Assembly (NCBI GenBank): GCA_951406725.2
Contig: OX597833.1
Location: 21,762,001-21,826,000 of the forward strand
From: Octopus vulgaris
Taxonomy: Eukaryota
DNA: 64,000 bases
Reading direction: 5' to 3'
Below, piece after piece: positions 63,275-64,000 of the stretch. The position numbers and the translations under genes are program-made. The notes under the pieces were generated by a model. It was not told the origin of the DNA, searched no databases, and worked only from the letters and a program-made list of their open reading frames with translations. Each line of letters opens with the position of its first letter. The first letter of the stretch is position 1.

Positions 63275-64000
63275 ATAGTGTCTTTACGACCATTAAGGTC
63301 TGTAGTGAAAAATTTATCCGAGCTTGAAAGAAAATGGGAAGGACCTGAATACAGTGCTGTTAACGGAGGTTTAACAACATCGTTGCGCACGAAAACGTGA
63401 GTCAAAGAAGTAAAGCTTCCTTCAAGGCAGGGCTAGAAAATGCAATTGTCAAGTAGGTAAGAGGCTTTAAACAGTAAATTGGTAAAGCTAAAAAATTGTC
63501 GAGGATAAATTAAATTTATTATTGTTACTGAATATGTTAGTTTTATTTACTTTCTGAATGGTTTTGCTGCCTTTGTTTATGTAGTTTGATTTCTTTATCC
63601 ATCAGTTTCTACTAAGATAGAGACGCGAGTAAAATTAGTAATAGGGAAACGAAAATAAAACTTTGGAAACAGCAACGCCGCCATAACTTACGTGGAGACC
63701 ATGAGCGTGCTTTCAAGGGAGATAATCAGAGAAAGACTTGAAAGTGAACGTAAGATCGCAATACGTCAAGTAAAGTAAAGTAAATACAACAAATAATCCA
63801 GAATCCTTGTCCGGAACCGGATCGAGCCCAAAATCTAATCAGTAATGGGGCCAAACATCCCTGAAAGTTTCATCCGAATCCATCCAGCAGTTCTTAAGAT
63901 ATCTTGTCTACGGTGTCATTCATTCACCATTACACGTGTTTCATTTGCGAATGGGAAGGACAAAGTTTTACATGTTAAAGAGACATGTAAGGAATTCCCT

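Overview
Eukaryotic, AT-rich, repeat-saturated non-coding DNA. It is most likely an octopus (coleoid cephalopod) intron or intergenic region; this is inferred from SINE families recognised from memory and from the microsatellite density. No intact protein-coding gene, rRNA, true tRNA or CRISPR array is visible, and almost all listed ORFs are microsatellite or SINE artefacts. Recognisable content: three tRNA-derived SINE families (dozens of copies, some with target-site duplications), a decayed Hsmar1-like mariner transposase, a decayed CR1/L2/Jockey-type LINE RT, non-autonomous Helitrons (A|TC...hairpin-CTAG|T) and several MITE families (hAT-like, two with internal TTAGGG repeats, one Academ-like). 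The most interesting signal is a set of at least five families of short elements carrying minimal type I hammerhead-ribozyme-like motifs of the Penelope pLTR type. They have variant cores (CCGACGA, CCGAUGA, CUGUNGA, CUGAUGC), and one sits in a 76-bp near-perfect palindrome with a motif on each strand. A speculative, phase-compatible three-exon minus-strand gene model is also noted. All calls were made by eye; boundaries are approximate unless termini or TSDs are quoted.
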